Positions 25,754-36,242 of a stretch of 64,000 nt of DNA are shown here, in pieces. Position numbers and translations under genes: made by a program. A model generated the notes under the pieces. It was not told the origin of the DNA, ran no database searches, and was given only the letters and a program-made list of their open reading frames with translations. This stretch comes from an uncultured Bacilli bacterium. GTDB lineage: Bacteria; Bacillota_I; Bacilli_A; RFN20; CAG-288. How positions within the stretch are numbered: position 1 is the first letter of the stretch; the number at the start of each line of letters is the position of its first letter. The stretch is taken from contig CALVMW010000001.1 of assembly GCA_944349335.1 (NCBI GenBank), positions 423,671 through 487,670 of the forward strand, in the 5' to 3' direction.

Positions 25754-27820
25754 ATGATATATCAACCCGATAAGATACGTAATATTGCCGTCGTCGGTCA
25801 TCAGTCAACTGGTAAAACAAGCTTAGTGGAAGCGATTGCTTTTAAAGCAGATATGATGGCAAAAAAGGGTACGATCGAAGAAAAGAACACTATCTCTGAT
25901 TACTTACCTAAAGAGAAAGAAAAACAATGTTCATTATCTTCTGCTGTCGTTCCTGTTATCCGCAATGGCTATAAATTAAATTTGATAGATGTTCCTGGCA
26001 ATGATGATTTTATCTTCGAAACCATCGGTATCACAAAACTTATCAAAGGCGCGATCATTGTCATCGATGCCTCTAAAGGTGTCCAAACTGGTGCGATAAA
26101 AAGTTTTAACCTTTTAAAGAAGAGAGGAGTCCCGATGATTCTCTTTGTTAACAAGATGGATAAAGAGAATGTCGACTTCAATAAGATTTATGCTGAAATT
26201 CAAGAAAAGTTAGATGCTAAAAAATGTGTTCCCTTCACCTATCCTATAGGTAGAAAAGAGAATTTTGATGGCTTTGTTAACGTTGTCGAATTAAAAGCTC
26301 GCAAATATAATGGTGTCACTTGTGAAGATGATGTTATCTATGATGATAAGAAGCAGATCGTTTTTGAACTTCATAATCGCCTCTGCGAGTCTGTCGCCAC
26401 TATATCTGATGAATTATTAGAGAAATTCTTCTCTGGTGAACCATTAACTAACGAAGAGATTAAAAACGGACTTAGACAAGGTGTCATCAATGGTGAGCTT
26501 TATCCTATTATCGTAGGTTCAGCTACAAAAGAAATAGGCATCAATACCCTTTCAGAAATGTTGATTTCTTTCCTTCCTTCTCCTTTTGATCTCCGTCCAT
26601 ACTTTGCTAATGATGATAAAGGTGAAAAGATTGAAGTTGCTACTAAAGAGGATGAACCAGTCTCTCTTGTCGTCTTTAAAAACACTTATAGTTCTTATCA
26701 AGGAATGATCTCTATTTTCAAAGTTCAATCCGGTATTTTAAGAACAAACGACGAATTATATTGTCCCAATAATAACAGAACATATCGTTTGAATAATCTC
26801 TATACAATCTGCGGTGAAAAGTTGACACCTGTCGATGAAATAGGAGCGGGTGATATCGGTGCTGCTACTAGATTAGATGAGGTTAAACTCTCCTATACTT
26901 TAACTAGTAAAGATCGTGTCATCACATTTGATCCTGTTCATTATCCGACACCTACTTACTTCAATGCGATAGTTCCTGATTCTAAAAAAGACTTAGACAA
27001 ATTATTCCAAGTCGCAGAAAGAATGATGTTTGAAGACCCTACTATCGCTTTAAAGAAAGAAGAGACAACCGGTCAGATTCTCTTAGGTGGACTTTCTAAA
27101 ACTCATCTTCTCTACATCATGGAAAGATTACAGACAGAATTCGGTATCAAATTTAAGACCGAACCTATCGAAATCTCTTATCGTGAAACTATAACTACAA
27201 GCGCAGAAGCTGAAGGTAGATATGTTAAACAATCTGGTGGAAGCGGATATTATGGTGTTGTCAATATGCGCTTTGAACCTGATGATCACACTTCTTTCCA
27301 GTCAACCGTATTCGGTGGCCACATCGATAAATCTTACTTCCCCGCTGTTGAAAAAGGCTTCATGGAAGCTTTAAGCAAAGGTTCATTAGTCGGTGCTCCT
27401 GTCATCAATGTTAAGGCGACTTTAACTGATGGTAAACAACACTCTGTCGACTCTAATGAAATGGCCTTCAAAAACGCTGGTATCGCTGCTTTCCGCAACG
27501 CCTATATGAATTGTAAGCCGATACTCTTAGAACCTTATGATAAGATTATTGTCAATGTTACAAATGAATATCTCGGTGCTGTTTTAAGTGATTTAGCAAA
27601 GAAGAGAGGAAGAATCATCTCAACTGATGAAGGTAAGGATGGAAGCTTAGATGTCGTAGCTATGGTCCCTGAATCTGAAATTAAAGAATATGCTAATGAG
27701 CTTAAAGCTTTAACAAAAGGAACTGGTTTCTTCAACCTTGAATTCTTGGATTACGAAGAGGTTCCGATGAAATTAGCAGAAGACATCATCAAAGCCTATA
27801 AAGCTAAACAAGATAAATAA
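25754..27820 (+). CDS. Elongation factor G paralog (EF-G-like translational GTPase, 688 aa)
   Basis: Five-domain EF-G architecture. The G1 motif is atypical, GHQSTGKTS rather than AHIDAGKTT. AGGAGG RBS. Confidence 0.7.
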   Translation: MIYQPDKIRNIAVVGHQSTGKTSLVEAIAFKADMMAKKGTIEEKNTISDYLPKEKEKQCSLSSAVVPVIRNGYKLNLIDVPGNDDFIFETIGITKLIKGAIIVIDASKGVQTGAIKSFNLLKKRGVPMILFVNKMDKENVDFNKIYAEIQEKLDAKKCVPFTYPIGRKENFDGFVNVVELKARKYNGVTCEDDVIYDDKKQIVFELHNRLCESVATISDELLEKFFSGEPLTNEEIKNGLRQGVINGELYPIIVGSATKEIGINTLSEMLISFLPSPFDLRPYFANDDKGEKIEVATKEDEPVSLVVFKNTYSSYQGMISIFKVQSGILRTNDELYCPNNNRTYRLNNLYTICGEKLTPVDEIGAGDIGAATRLDEVKLSYTLTSKDRVITFDPVHYPTPTYFNAIVPDSKKDLDKLFQVAERMMFEDPTIALKKEETTGQILLGGLSKTHLLYIMERLQTEFGIKFKTEPIEISYRETITTSAEAEGRYVKQSGGSGYYGVVNMRFEPDDHTSFQSTVFGGHIDKSYFPAVEKGFMEALSKGSLVGAPVINVKATLTDGKQHSVDSNEMAFKNAGIAAFRNAYMNCKPILLEPYDKIIVNVTNEYLGAVLSDLAKKRGRIISTDEGKDGSLDVVAMVPESEIKEYANELKALTKGTGFFNLEFLDYEEVPMKLAEDIIKAYKAKQDK

Positions 27821-27826
27821 TAAATC

Positions 27827-27853
27827 GGGGTTCAATAATTGAACCCCTTTTCT
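27827..27853 (+). terminator. Rho-independent terminator after the EF-G paralog
   Basis: GGGGTTCAATAATTGAACCCC plus TTTT. Confidence 0.75.
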
Positions 27854-27905
27854 TTATATTAAATGATACAAAAGCAAAGTGAAATAAGTTATAATTTAAA
27901 GAGTT

Positions 27906-29174
27906 ATGAACGATTTTAATGCTGAACTTACAGCGCTTAAGCGCATCTTATCTTCTAAAAAGACTTATCGTGAAACTGTCTTTAATATCTTTGTTCAAGA
28001 AAAGCTTTCTGCTAAGGACTTTAAAGAATTAAAACTCATCACCTATAGCATACTTAGACGCTATTTTTCTTTATCTTATGAAGCCTCTTCTCTCTTCCCT
28101 GAGATAAGAAAAGATGATGATGAATTTTATTTTATTTTGCTTCTTCTCTTTTATCTTCGCTACGATTTAAAAACAGATAAAATTATACTTCGTGAAAAGT
28201 TTTTAAACACTTTTAATTCTTTTAGATTATATGGTGATTTTAATTATATATATGATAAAGTTGCTAAAAAGACAGAACGAAACTTTACTATCCCTGAAAA
28301 TCTAAAAGATAAGCCTTATACTTATAACTCTTTAGTTTTAGAAGTGCCAGAATTTTTACTTAAAAAGATAGTTGATTTTTATGGTGCTAAAAAAGCTAGT
28401 GAAATTTTAAAACACATTCACGATATTCCTCGCTTATATTGTGCTATAAACAAAAATAAAACAAATATTACCCTTAATTATGAAAAAGAGCATCTCTCTT
28501 ATGCTGATATCTATCAGATCCCTAAAGACCACGACTTAAAGAAAGATCCTCTTTATCAAGAAGGAAAAATATATACTATCGATTATTTAAAAGCTTTAGC
28601 GATCAAAGATGTCTTTATTAAGCCCTTATCTTTTAAAGCTCTCTTACTTAATCAAAGAACACCCTATCTCTCTGCATATTTAGAAGAGATTATTAAAGAT
28701 CATGAAGAAAAAGAGATAACTGCACATTATTTATCTTCCGCTCGTTATAGAATGGCTTTAGATTTAAAAGAAAAATTTAATTGTCAGATTTCTTCTCCTC
28801 TACTTTCCTCTCTTACTTTAGTAAAGACTTTTGTCAAAGAAGATTATTACGATTTAGTTTTCTTACAAGCGAGAGATACTAACTTAGGTAAAGCTGGCTC
28901 AAGAATCGATATTATTGCTAATCTTAATGAAAAAGATATCTATAATCATTCTTTAAGTGAAAAAAGTGATCTATTAGCTGCTTCTGATTTTGTAAAACTT
29001 GGAGGAGATTTAGTTTACTTAACTTTCTCTTTATTACAAGAAGAAACTTTTGCTATCAAAGATGACTTCTTAAAAATGAGAAAGAATTTTGCTTTCGTTA
29101 AAGATAATTTCTTATTCCCCGAAGATAAAAATACAGAGAGCGGTTATTATGCAATATTCAGGAGGATCAGATGA
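27906..29174 (+). CDS. RsmB/Sun-position protein with a NusB-like N-terminus and no recognisable SAM-binding or catalytic motifs (degenerate paralog)
   Basis: Sits in the fmt-rsmB slot directly upstream of rlmN-PP2C-STK-rsgA-rpe (conserved Firmicute synteny). No LCAAPGGK or PCSG motif is present. Confidence 0.4.
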   Translation: MNDFNAELTALKRILSSKKTYRETVFNIFVQEKLSAKDFKELKLITYSILRRYFSLSYEASSLFPEIRKDDDEFYFILLLLFYLRYDLKTDKIILREKFLNTFNSFRLYGDFNYIYDKVAKKTERNFTIPENLKDKPYTYNSLVLEVPEFLLKKIVDFYGAKKASEILKHIHDIPRLYCAINKNKTNITLNYEKEHLSYADIYQIPKDHDLKKDPLYQEGKIYTIDYLKALAIKDVFIKPLSFKALLLNQRTPYLSAYLEEIIKDHEEKEITAHYLSSARYRMALDLKEKFNCQISSPLLSSLTLVKTFVKEDYYDLVFLQARDTNLGKAGSRIDIIANLNEKDIYNHSLSEKSDLLAASDFVKLGGDLVYLTFSLLQEETFAIKDDFLKMRKNFAFVKDNFLFPEDKNTESGYYAIFRRIR

Positions 29175-30205
29175 GAAGTATCTACTCCTATTCTTTAGAT
29201 GAATTGACTAGTAAGATGCTCTCTTTAGGTCAATCCACTTATCGTTCAAAACAAATCTTCTCCTGGCTATATAAAAAAAGAGTTACTTCTTTTGATGAGA
29301 TGAGTGACATCTCTAAATCATTTAGAGAAGTTTTAAAACAAGAATTTGACTTCTTTTTACCATCTATGGAGCATATCCGTTACTCTAAAGATGGAACGAT
29401 TAAATGTTTAATTAAACTTAGAGATGGAGAAATGGTCGAAAGTGTATTGATGCATTATATATATGGATATGCAGTCTGTGTATCTTCTGAAGTTGGCTGC
29501 AATATGTCCTGTCAGTTTTGTGCATCAGGTATCTTAAAAAAGAAAAGAGCTTTAACTAGTGAAGAAATGTTAGGCCAAGTTTTAGCCTATGATCATCTTT
29601 TAAAAGAACAAGATCCTAATTTACGAGTTTCCCATGTCGTCATTATGGGTACTGGTGAACCATTTGATAATTATGACTCTGTTCTCTCTTTTGTAAGAAA
29701 TATCAATTCTCCTTTTGGACTTGATATAGGTGCTAGACATATAACGATCTCAACTTGTGGAATAGTCCCTAAGATTAAGAAATTTGCTGATGAGCATCTC
29801 CAAGTAAATCTCGCTATCTCTCTTCATGCTCCTAACAATGAACTTAGAAATATATTGATGCCTATCAATAAAGCTTATCCGCTTGAAGACTTAATTCCAG
29901 CTGTAAAAGAATATACTGAGAAAAGTGGAAGGCGAGTCACTTTCGAATATATTATGATAAAAGGGTTAAATGATACTATTCAGCATGCTAAAGAATTAGT
30001 AGAGCTGATAAGACCGACAGGTGGATTTGTAAACTTGATTCCTTGTAATCCTGTCGTTGAAAAAGGTTTTTTAAGAAGCGATAATAAAGATATCGATTCA
30101 TTCCATCGTTTCTTATTAAGCAGAGGAATAAAATCGACAATCCGCAAAGAATTCGGTTCAGATATCGAAGCTGCTTGCGGTCAACTGAGGGCTAAATATG
30201 AGTGA
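29171..30205 (+). CDS. rlmN: 23S rRNA/tRNA (adenine-C2)-methyltransferase, radical SAM
   Basis: CNMSCQFCASG radical-SAM cysteine motif, N-terminal YRSKQIFSWLY, second Cys in ...IEAACGQL. Confidence 0.85.
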   Translation: MRSIYSYSLDELTSKMLSLGQSTYRSKQIFSWLYKKRVTSFDEMSDISKSFREVLKQEFDFFLPSMEHIRYSKDGTIKCLIKLRDGEMVESVLMHYIYGYAVCVSSEVGCNMSCQFCASGILKKKRALTSEEMLGQVLAYDHLLKEQDPNLRVSHVVIMGTGEPFDNYDSVLSFVRNINSPFGLDIGARHITISTCGIVPKIKKFADEHLQVNLAISLHAPNNELRNILMPINKAYPLEDLIPAVKEYTEKSGRRVTFEYIMIKGLNDTIQHAKELVELIRPTGGFVNLIPCNPVVEKGFLRSDNKDIDSFHRFLLSRGIKSTIRKEFGSDIEAACGQLRAKYE

Positions 30206-30935
30206 TAAGGCATTTTTAAGCGATATAGGTCTTGTCAGAAAAAACAATGAAGATATCGCTGCTATCGTTGAAAATAATCACGGGCTAGCACTATTAGTCG
30301 CTGATGGTTTAGGTGGCCATCATAAAGGGGAGATCGCTTCGAGAATCGCTAGTGATGATCTCACTTTTTTCTTCAGGCAAAGAAAAGAAAAATTTACTGA
30401 GCACAGCGCTAAAAAGTTTATTAAAAAATGTATTAAAAGAGCTCACGACGATATTTATTCTCTCGCCTTATTAGATTCTTCTTATAACGGAATAGGGTCC
30501 ACTTTAGTCTTTGCTTTAGTTGATGATAATAAAACATATATCGCAAATGTCGGCGATAGCCGTTGCTATACTTATTCTTCTTATGAAGGTTTAGTTTTAA
30601 GAACAAAAGATGAATCATATGTACAGTATCTCTTTGATTTAGGAAAGATAACAAAAGCTGAAAGAAAAGAGCATCCTCAGCGCAATATCCTTCTAAATGC
30701 GGTCGGCATCGATTGTGATTATAAACACGTACAGACGCAAACTTTAGACACTTCTTCCTATGATAAAATCATCCTTTGCTCAGATGGACTTTATAATTAT
30801 GTTTCTGAAGAAAGAATAACTGAAGTTTTAAAAATGAAAATATCTAGTAAAGAAAAGTTAGATATCCTTTTAGAAGATGCCTTAAAAACTGGTGGAAAGG
30901 ACAATATTGCTATCGCTCTTTGGGAGAAAGACTGA
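30198..30935 (+). CDS. PP2C-family Ser/Thr protein phosphatase (Stp/PrpC-like)
   Basis: LLVADGLGGHHKGEIAS and DGLYNYVSEE PP2C motifs; sits directly upstream of the kinase. Confidence 0.8.
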   Translation: MSDKAFLSDIGLVRKNNEDIAAIVENNHGLALLVADGLGGHHKGEIASRIASDDLTFFFRQRKEKFTEHSAKKFIKKCIKRAHDDIYSLALLDSSYNGIGSTLVFALVDDNKTYIANVGDSRCYTYSSYEGLVLRTKDESYVQYLFDLGKITKAERKEHPQRNILLNAVGIDCDYKHVQTQTLDTSSYDKIILCSDGLYNYVSEERITEVLKMKISSKEKLDILLEDALKTGGKDNIAIALWEKD

Positions 30936-31900
30936 TGGAAAACCTTCTTAATGAGATCATTGATGACCGCTATAAGATTATCGACTTCCTCGGTGAAGGC
31001 GGTACAGCTAAAGTTTATAAAGCCCACGACTTAGTCACTGATAAAGATGTTTCAATCAAGATGATGAAAGAAGAAGTTGCGGCTGTTAAAGCATCTTTAA
31101 GCCGCTTTGAAAGAGAAGCTCGCGCAGCTGCTTCTTTAAATCATGTCAACATAGTCAAAGTTATCAATGTTGGTACTTATAAAGGTTTGCCATATATTGT
31201 CAATGAATTTATCAATGGTTCTACTTTAAAAGATATCATGGATATCCGCGGTAAATTCTCTTTTTTAGAAGCTCTCGATATTATGAATCAACTTTGTTTA
31301 GCTGTCTGTTATGCACATAAACAAGGAGTTATTCACCGCGATATCAAACCGCAAAATATCTTTTTAACTAAAGATGGAACTATTAAATTAGGTGACTTTG
31401 GTATCGCCACTTTCCAAAATGCAAGTCCGATCACTAAACCACAGGTCGTTATCGGTTCTGTCCATTATATTGCCCCTGAGATCCCCTTAGGTAAACCAGT
31501 TACTGAAAGAAGTGACATCTATTCGATGGGTATTACTTTTTTTGAACTAATAACTGATTCTGTTCCTTTCGATAACCCTAATCCATATACAGTAACTATC
31601 ATGCACATCAAAAATAAATTTCCTTCGATTAAAAAATTCAATCCTAAAGTTCCAGCTAGTATCGAAGAAATAATCTATAAAGCTTGTGCTAAAAAACCTT
31701 CTGATCGTTATAAAGATGCTGATGAAATGCAGAAAGCAATAATGAAAATCATCGCTGATCCTTCTTTATTAGAAAAAACAAGTTCAAACTTCTTCTCTTT
31801 TTTACGCTTAAGAAAAAATAGTGATAACCTCGAGAAAAAAGAAGTAAAAAAGAGACAGAAAGAAATTAAAAAAGAAATGAAAAAGGCAAGAAAAAAATGA
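30935..31900 (+). CDS. Hanks-type Ser/Thr protein kinase without PASTA domains; lysine-rich C-terminal tail
   Basis: GEGGTAKVYKA G-loop, HRDIKPQNI catalytic loop, DFG. Start placed at the ATG overlapping the phosphatase stop (TGATG) with a GGGAGA RBS. Confidence 0.8.
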   Translation: MENLLNEIIDDRYKIIDFLGEGGTAKVYKAHDLVTDKDVSIKMMKEEVAAVKASLSRFEREARAAASLNHVNIVKVINVGTYKGLPYIVNEFINGSTLKDIMDIRGKFSFLEALDIMNQLCLAVCYAHKQGVIHRDIKPQNIFLTKDGTIKLGDFGIATFQNASPITKPQVVIGSVHYIAPEIPLGKPVTERSDIYSMGITFFELITDSVPFDNPNPYTVTIMHIKNKFPSIKKFNPKVPASIEEIIYKACAKKPSDRYKDADEMQKAIMKIIADPSLLEKTSSNFFSFLRLRKNSDNLEKKEVKKRQKEIKKEMKKARKK

Positions 31901-32766
31901 CATATCTTGTCCTCTCTTCCTCCTCTTTAGGCTATACATGTTATTCAGAAGTTGATAAGAGTCTAAGAATAGCAAAAAAAAGAGGAAATATACAAAAAGT
32001 ACTGATCGGTGATAGAGTTTCAGTCGATGAAGAAGGATTTATCTATAAGGTTGAAGAAGAAAAGGCTGTTTTATATCGACCTCGTTTAGCTAATCCAGAC
32101 TATGTATATATAGTCCTCTCAGCCACTAAACCACGTTTTTCTACTTATCTAGCTGATAAATTTTTAACAGTAATAAATTATTGCGAAATCAAAGCTTCAC
32201 TTATTGTCACAAAAATAGATTTATTAACTGAAAGTGAAAAAGCAGAATTAGAAAAAACACTAGACTTTTATAGAGGATTAAATTACAACGTATTTCTTCT
32301 CGATGCTAAAGATAAAGAAAAATATGATTTTCCTAAGCTATTAGAATTCACAAAAGGAAAAAAAGTAGCTTTAATGGGACAAACTGGTGTCGGGAAATCG
32401 ACGATTCTTAATTCTATAAATCCTGATATTAAAAGAAAGGTTGATTCCTTATATGCCAAAGTTGAAAGAGGAAGACATGTAACTAAAGAAAGTATCCTCA
32501 TCCCATTTGACGATTTCATGATCTATGATACCCCTGGTTTCTCTTCCTTTAATTTAGATATGATGAATAAAGAAGAATTAGCTGTCTTCTTCCCCGGTTT
32601 TTCAACCTTATTTTTAAAATGTGAATTTGTTGATTGTCATCACTTAAGAGGAATGAAAGGATGCCACGTTTTAGAAGAAGTAAGCAAAAACGCCTATCCT
32701 TTGGAGAATTATCAAAATTATTGTAAAATATACACAGAGGTAAAAAGTGGATGGAAAAGAAAATAG
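31897..32766 (+). CDS. rsgA: Ribosome small-subunit biogenesis GTPase RsgA
   Basis: Circularly permuted GTPase: G1 motif GQTGVGKSTILN in the C-terminal half, zinc-finger cysteines CEFVDCHH. Confidence 0.8.
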   Translation: MTYLVLSSSSLGYTCYSEVDKSLRIAKKRGNIQKVLIGDRVSVDEEGFIYKVEEEKAVLYRPRLANPDYVYIVLSATKPRFSTYLADKFLTVINYCEIKASLIVTKIDLLTESEKAELEKTLDFYRGLNYNVFLLDAKDKEKYDFPKLLEFTKGKKVALMGQTGVGKSTILNSINPDIKRKVDSLYAKVERGRHVTKESILIPFDDFMIYDTPGFSSFNLDMMNKEELAVFFPGFSTLFLKCEFVDCHHLRGMKGCHVLEEVSKNAYPLENYQNYCKIYTEVKSGWKRK

Positions 32767-33410
32767 AGATCTTTCCTTCTCTTCTCGGTGCGAATTTTTT
32801 ATCACTAGAAGATGATCTAGAAAAGCTTTCAGAGATAGGAATCAAAACTATTCACTATGATGTAATGGATGGTCATTTTGTTGATGATATATCTTTTGGT
32901 GAACCTCTTCTAAGAAAACTATTTACTTCTCATCCTGAATTTAATTATGACGTTCACTTAATGGTCTCTAACCCTTTAAAAAAGTTAGAGGACTTCTATA
33001 AAATAGGAGCAAAGAAAATAACAATTCACCTTGAAGCTAAACATTTATCTCTCAATTTAATTCAATATCTTATAAATCAATATCCTAAACTTGAATTAGG
33101 TATTTCAATATCTCCTGAAACTGATGTTGAAGAAACTTTTTATCTCTTACCTTTTATTTCTTCTATACTGATAATGTCAGTAGTTCCTGGAAAAGGTGGT
33201 CAAAAATTCATAGAAAACTCATTGAATAAAGTACAGGTTCTTAAAGAGAAAAGAAAAGAGTTAAACTTTGCAATCGCAATAGATGGCGGCATCAATGATG
33301 AAAATATTGATAAAGTCATTTCTGCAGGAGCTGATCATATTATAGTCGGTTCTTATTTATTTAAAATTTTAAATGATAAAGAAAAAGTTGTTTCTTTTTT
33401 AAGGAGATAA
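32751..33410 (+). CDS. rpe: Ribulose-phosphate 3-epimerase
   Basis: IFPSLLGANF...HYDVMDGHFV... signature, TIM barrel, about 219 aa. Confidence 0.8.
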   Translation: MEKKIEIFPSLLGANFLSLEDDLEKLSEIGIKTIHYDVMDGHFVDDISFGEPLLRKLFTSHPEFNYDVHLMVSNPLKKLEDFYKIGAKKITIHLEAKHLSLNLIQYLINQYPKLELGISISPETDVEETFYLLPFISSILIMSVVPGKGGQKFIENSLNKVQVLKEKRKELNFAIAIDGGINDENIDKVISAGADHIIVGSYLFKILNDKEKVVSFLRR

Positions 33411-33411
33411 T

Positions 33412-34098
33412 ATGAATCTTATTACTATCGCTTCTTTTGGTCTTTTAGCTTCTATTGCCCTCATATTCCTCTACTTTGTTCTTCTTATAATCTCGAATAA
33501 TAAATTATTAAAAGAAAGAAGGTTATCGATCAAAAACTCTTTCCCTTATGAATTTTACATGGAATTTCCTATCAGTATAAGAGTCGCTTTATATTCTCTT
33601 TTATTCCTCTCTTTAATCGCTTCTATCATCGGTATCTCATGTTTCTTCTTAGCTTTTAATACAACATATATGCTCATGACAATGTCACTTTATGTAATAT
33701 CTATCATCGCCATTACCTTCTCTAATGTCATTTCTCTTTCCCATTATAAAATTCACATTGCTCTTTCACTTATCTCTTTCTTCTTTTTTAGCTATTCTGC
33801 CCTTCTTATCACTTTTTCAACAAGCTTAAATAGTGCTCTTATCTATGAAGAAAACTTCAATTTACCGATTATTGTCATCTTAGGCGTATTAGGCTTTTCT
33901 ATTTTATTAGCGATGCTTAATCCTCGCATAAAAAATTGGAGTAAAAAAGAAAGATGCGAAGATAATGGTAAAACATTCTATGTTAAACCTAAAATTAATT
34001 ATTTAGCTCTTTATGAATGGATTTTTTTAATCGCCATTTACTTCAGTAATTTCTTATTATATATAAATATTATTGTTTCTGGAGACACATCAATATGA
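33412..34098 (+). CDS. Polytopic membrane protein, unknown function
   Basis: About 6 predicted TM helices; translationally coupled to its neighbours. Confidence 0.45.
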   Translation: MNLITIASFGLLASIALIFLYFVLLIISNNKLLKERRLSIKNSFPYEFYMEFPISIRVALYSLLFLSLIASIIGISCFFLAFNTTYMLMTMSLYVISIIAITFSNVISLSHYKIHIALSLISFFFFSYSALLITFSTSLNSALIYEENFNLPIIVILGVLGFSILLAMLNPRIKNWSKKERCEDNGKTFYVKPKINYLALYEWIFLIAIYFSNFLLYINIIVSGDTSI

Positions 34099-36242
34099 AA
34101 AAAGAATTATTACTTCTTTCTTTAGTATTTTCTCTTTTTTCCTGTAGTAATTTATCATCTATAACAACTTCTACAGAAGAATCTATTTCATCATCATATG
34201 ATAATAGAGAACTTTTTATTAGTTCAAACCCTCAAAAAACTATCTATAATCTCTATGATAAATTTGATTCAACTGGTTTAATAATCGGATATACTGCTGA
34301 AGGAAAAGAAACAGCCTATCTAGTAAATAAAGACGAATATACATTATCAATAAATGGTCAAGAGATAAAAGATGGTGACATCTTAAAAGAAGTAGGCACG
34401 TTTCTAGTTACAATTACTTATAATGGATTAACGGCTAGTTTTTCTATTTCAGTAAATAATATTTATGATTACTACTCAGAACTAGAAATAGTTTCTTTAC
34501 CTAATAAAACTAAATATCAAATAGGCGAGAAATTAGATCCTACTGGACTCTCTTTACTTATAAATACCACTTATAAAACTGCTCAAGGCCAAGAAGTTAA
34601 ATTAAGTGAGACTGTAACTAAATATAAACTTACTATTAATGATATTGATTTTAATGAATATACTTTTAATGAACCTAAACGTGAAGAAGTAAAAATCACT
34701 TACATTGACAATAGTGAACGAGTTATTTTCACCTCATTTGCTATCCAAGTTCTAAAAGTAAAAGATATCTTCTCCCCTTTTAAATATGATGATAGTATAG
34801 GTTTACCTATCGACCATAATAATATAACTATCACTTTTGATAATCCTAATTTCTCTGACACTAATGATAAAGGATATTATGCTCCAGAAGAAATAATCAC
34901 AGCTTATAATAGCCATAACTATGGAGAAGATAATTATTATAACTGGCATTATCCTGATACAAGTAAAGATGTCGCAGCTTTAGTTATACCAGTAGTTGTA
35001 CCTGGTTATGAAGAGAAAGCAGATGATTATACTTGGAACTGTATTAATCAAGCTTTCTTTGGAGATGATAATGATCTTTATTTTGAATCTCTTCGCTCTT
35101 ATTATTACAAGTCTTCTTTTGGACAATTAGATATTCAAGGAGCGATGACTGATTACTATTATGCTAAAGATGAATCTTCTTTCTATCACCATGAAGATGA
35201 TTTAAGTACTGAAAAAGTAAATACTCTTGCTCAAGATTGTTTAAATTGGGCAATAGATACTTACTCTTTAGATAGTACAAAATATGATTTAGATAGAGAT
35301 GGAACAGTCGATATGATCTGGCTAGTTTATGTTGGAAAAGAAGCAACAGGAAGTACTTACTGGGCTTTTACTTCTTCTACTGGTTTAATCTCTCATATGC
35401 CTGATAAATCTTTTTGTAATATGATAGGTTGGATCGGTGCTTCACAAATAATTGGTTTTTCTGATGAAAATGGAGATGTTGATGCTCATACTATCATCCA
35501 TGAAACCGGCCACATTTTTGGAATATCTGACTATTACTCAACCGCCTTAAATGGTTATTCTGACTATATGCCTTTAGGACGTTCAGATATGATGGACCAA
35601 AATGTTGGCGATCATAATTCTTATTCTAAATTAACTTTAGGGTGGACTAAACCTTATATCGTTTATGGGGATTGTACATTAACCCTTTCTTCTTCTCGTC
35701 TAAAAGACTCTTGTATTGTTATTCCCTATGATAATAAAAAATATGAAAAAGATGAAAATGGAAAAATACTATTTAACCCTTATGATGAATATCTAGTTTT
35801 AGAATTATATACACCTATCGATTTAAACTCCCAAGGTTATGATGCTTATTATGTAGATTTATTAAAAACAACTGGAGTCAAAGTATTTCATGTTGATGCT
35901 CGCTTAGCTTGTCTTTCTAACTATACGAGCACTTATATTCCTGAAGATCCTGATTGGATTTATAAAGAAAAGAATTTAGGGAAACCTTGGATGGTTATTA
36001 CAAATACCGAACAAGGTGAAACAGCAGAGGAAAGATTCTATTTAAACCAATATAATCATTTTGATGAGATACGTTGGATTACAAAAGACCACATATACCT
36101 TAATAGATATCAACAAGCTACTGAAGATAGCCTTTTTAAAAAAGGAGATTTTTTCTCTTTAACTGATTATATAGAGCAGTTTAATGCAGATGGTTTAGAT
36201 AATGGAGAAATATTATCTACCACATTTAAAATATTAAAATAA
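34095..36242 (+). CDS. Surface lipoprotein with a zinc-metalloprotease HExxH motif (715 aa)
   Basis: Lipobox LFSCS; HTIIHETGHIFG (HExxH) in the C-terminal half; N-terminal Ig-like repeats. Confidence 0.6.
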   Translation: MKKELLLLSLVFSLFSCSNLSSITTSTEESISSSYDNRELFISSNPQKTIYNLYDKFDSTGLIIGYTAEGKETAYLVNKDEYTLSINGQEIKDGDILKEVGTFLVTITYNGLTASFSISVNNIYDYYSELEIVSLPNKTKYQIGEKLDPTGLSLLINTTYKTAQGQEVKLSETVTKYKLTINDIDFNEYTFNEPKREEVKITYIDNSERVIFTSFAIQVLKVKDIFSPFKYDDSIGLPIDHNNITITFDNPNFSDTNDKGYYAPEEIITAYNSHNYGEDNYYNWHYPDTSKDVAALVIPVVVPGYEEKADDYTWNCINQAFFGDDNDLYFESLRSYYYKSSFGQLDIQGAMTDYYYAKDESSFYHHEDDLSTEKVNTLAQDCLNWAIDTYSLDSTKYDLDRDGTVDMIWLVYVGKEATGSTYWAFTSSTGLISHMPDKSFCNMIGWIGASQIIGFSDENGDVDAHTIIHETGHIFGISDYYSTALNGYSDYMPLGRSDMMDQNVGDHNSYSKLTLGWTKPYIVYGDCTLTLSSSRLKDSCIVIPYDNKKYEKDENGKILFNPYDEYLVLELYTPIDLNSQGYDAYYVDLLKTTGVKVFHVDARLACLSNYTSTYIPEDPDWIYKEKNLGKPWMVITNTEQGETAEERFYLNQYNHFDEIRWITKDHIYLNRYQQATEDSLFKKGDFFSLTDYIEQFNADGLDNGEILSTTFKILK

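Noticed and set aside
27906-29174. Considered whether this 422-aa ORF could be the missing JetD of the jetABC-like operon
   Set aside because: It is 7 kb away and separated by housekeeping genes. It sits in the conserved rsmB slot upstream of rlmN and has a NusB-like N-terminus, not Toprim/DUF2220 features.
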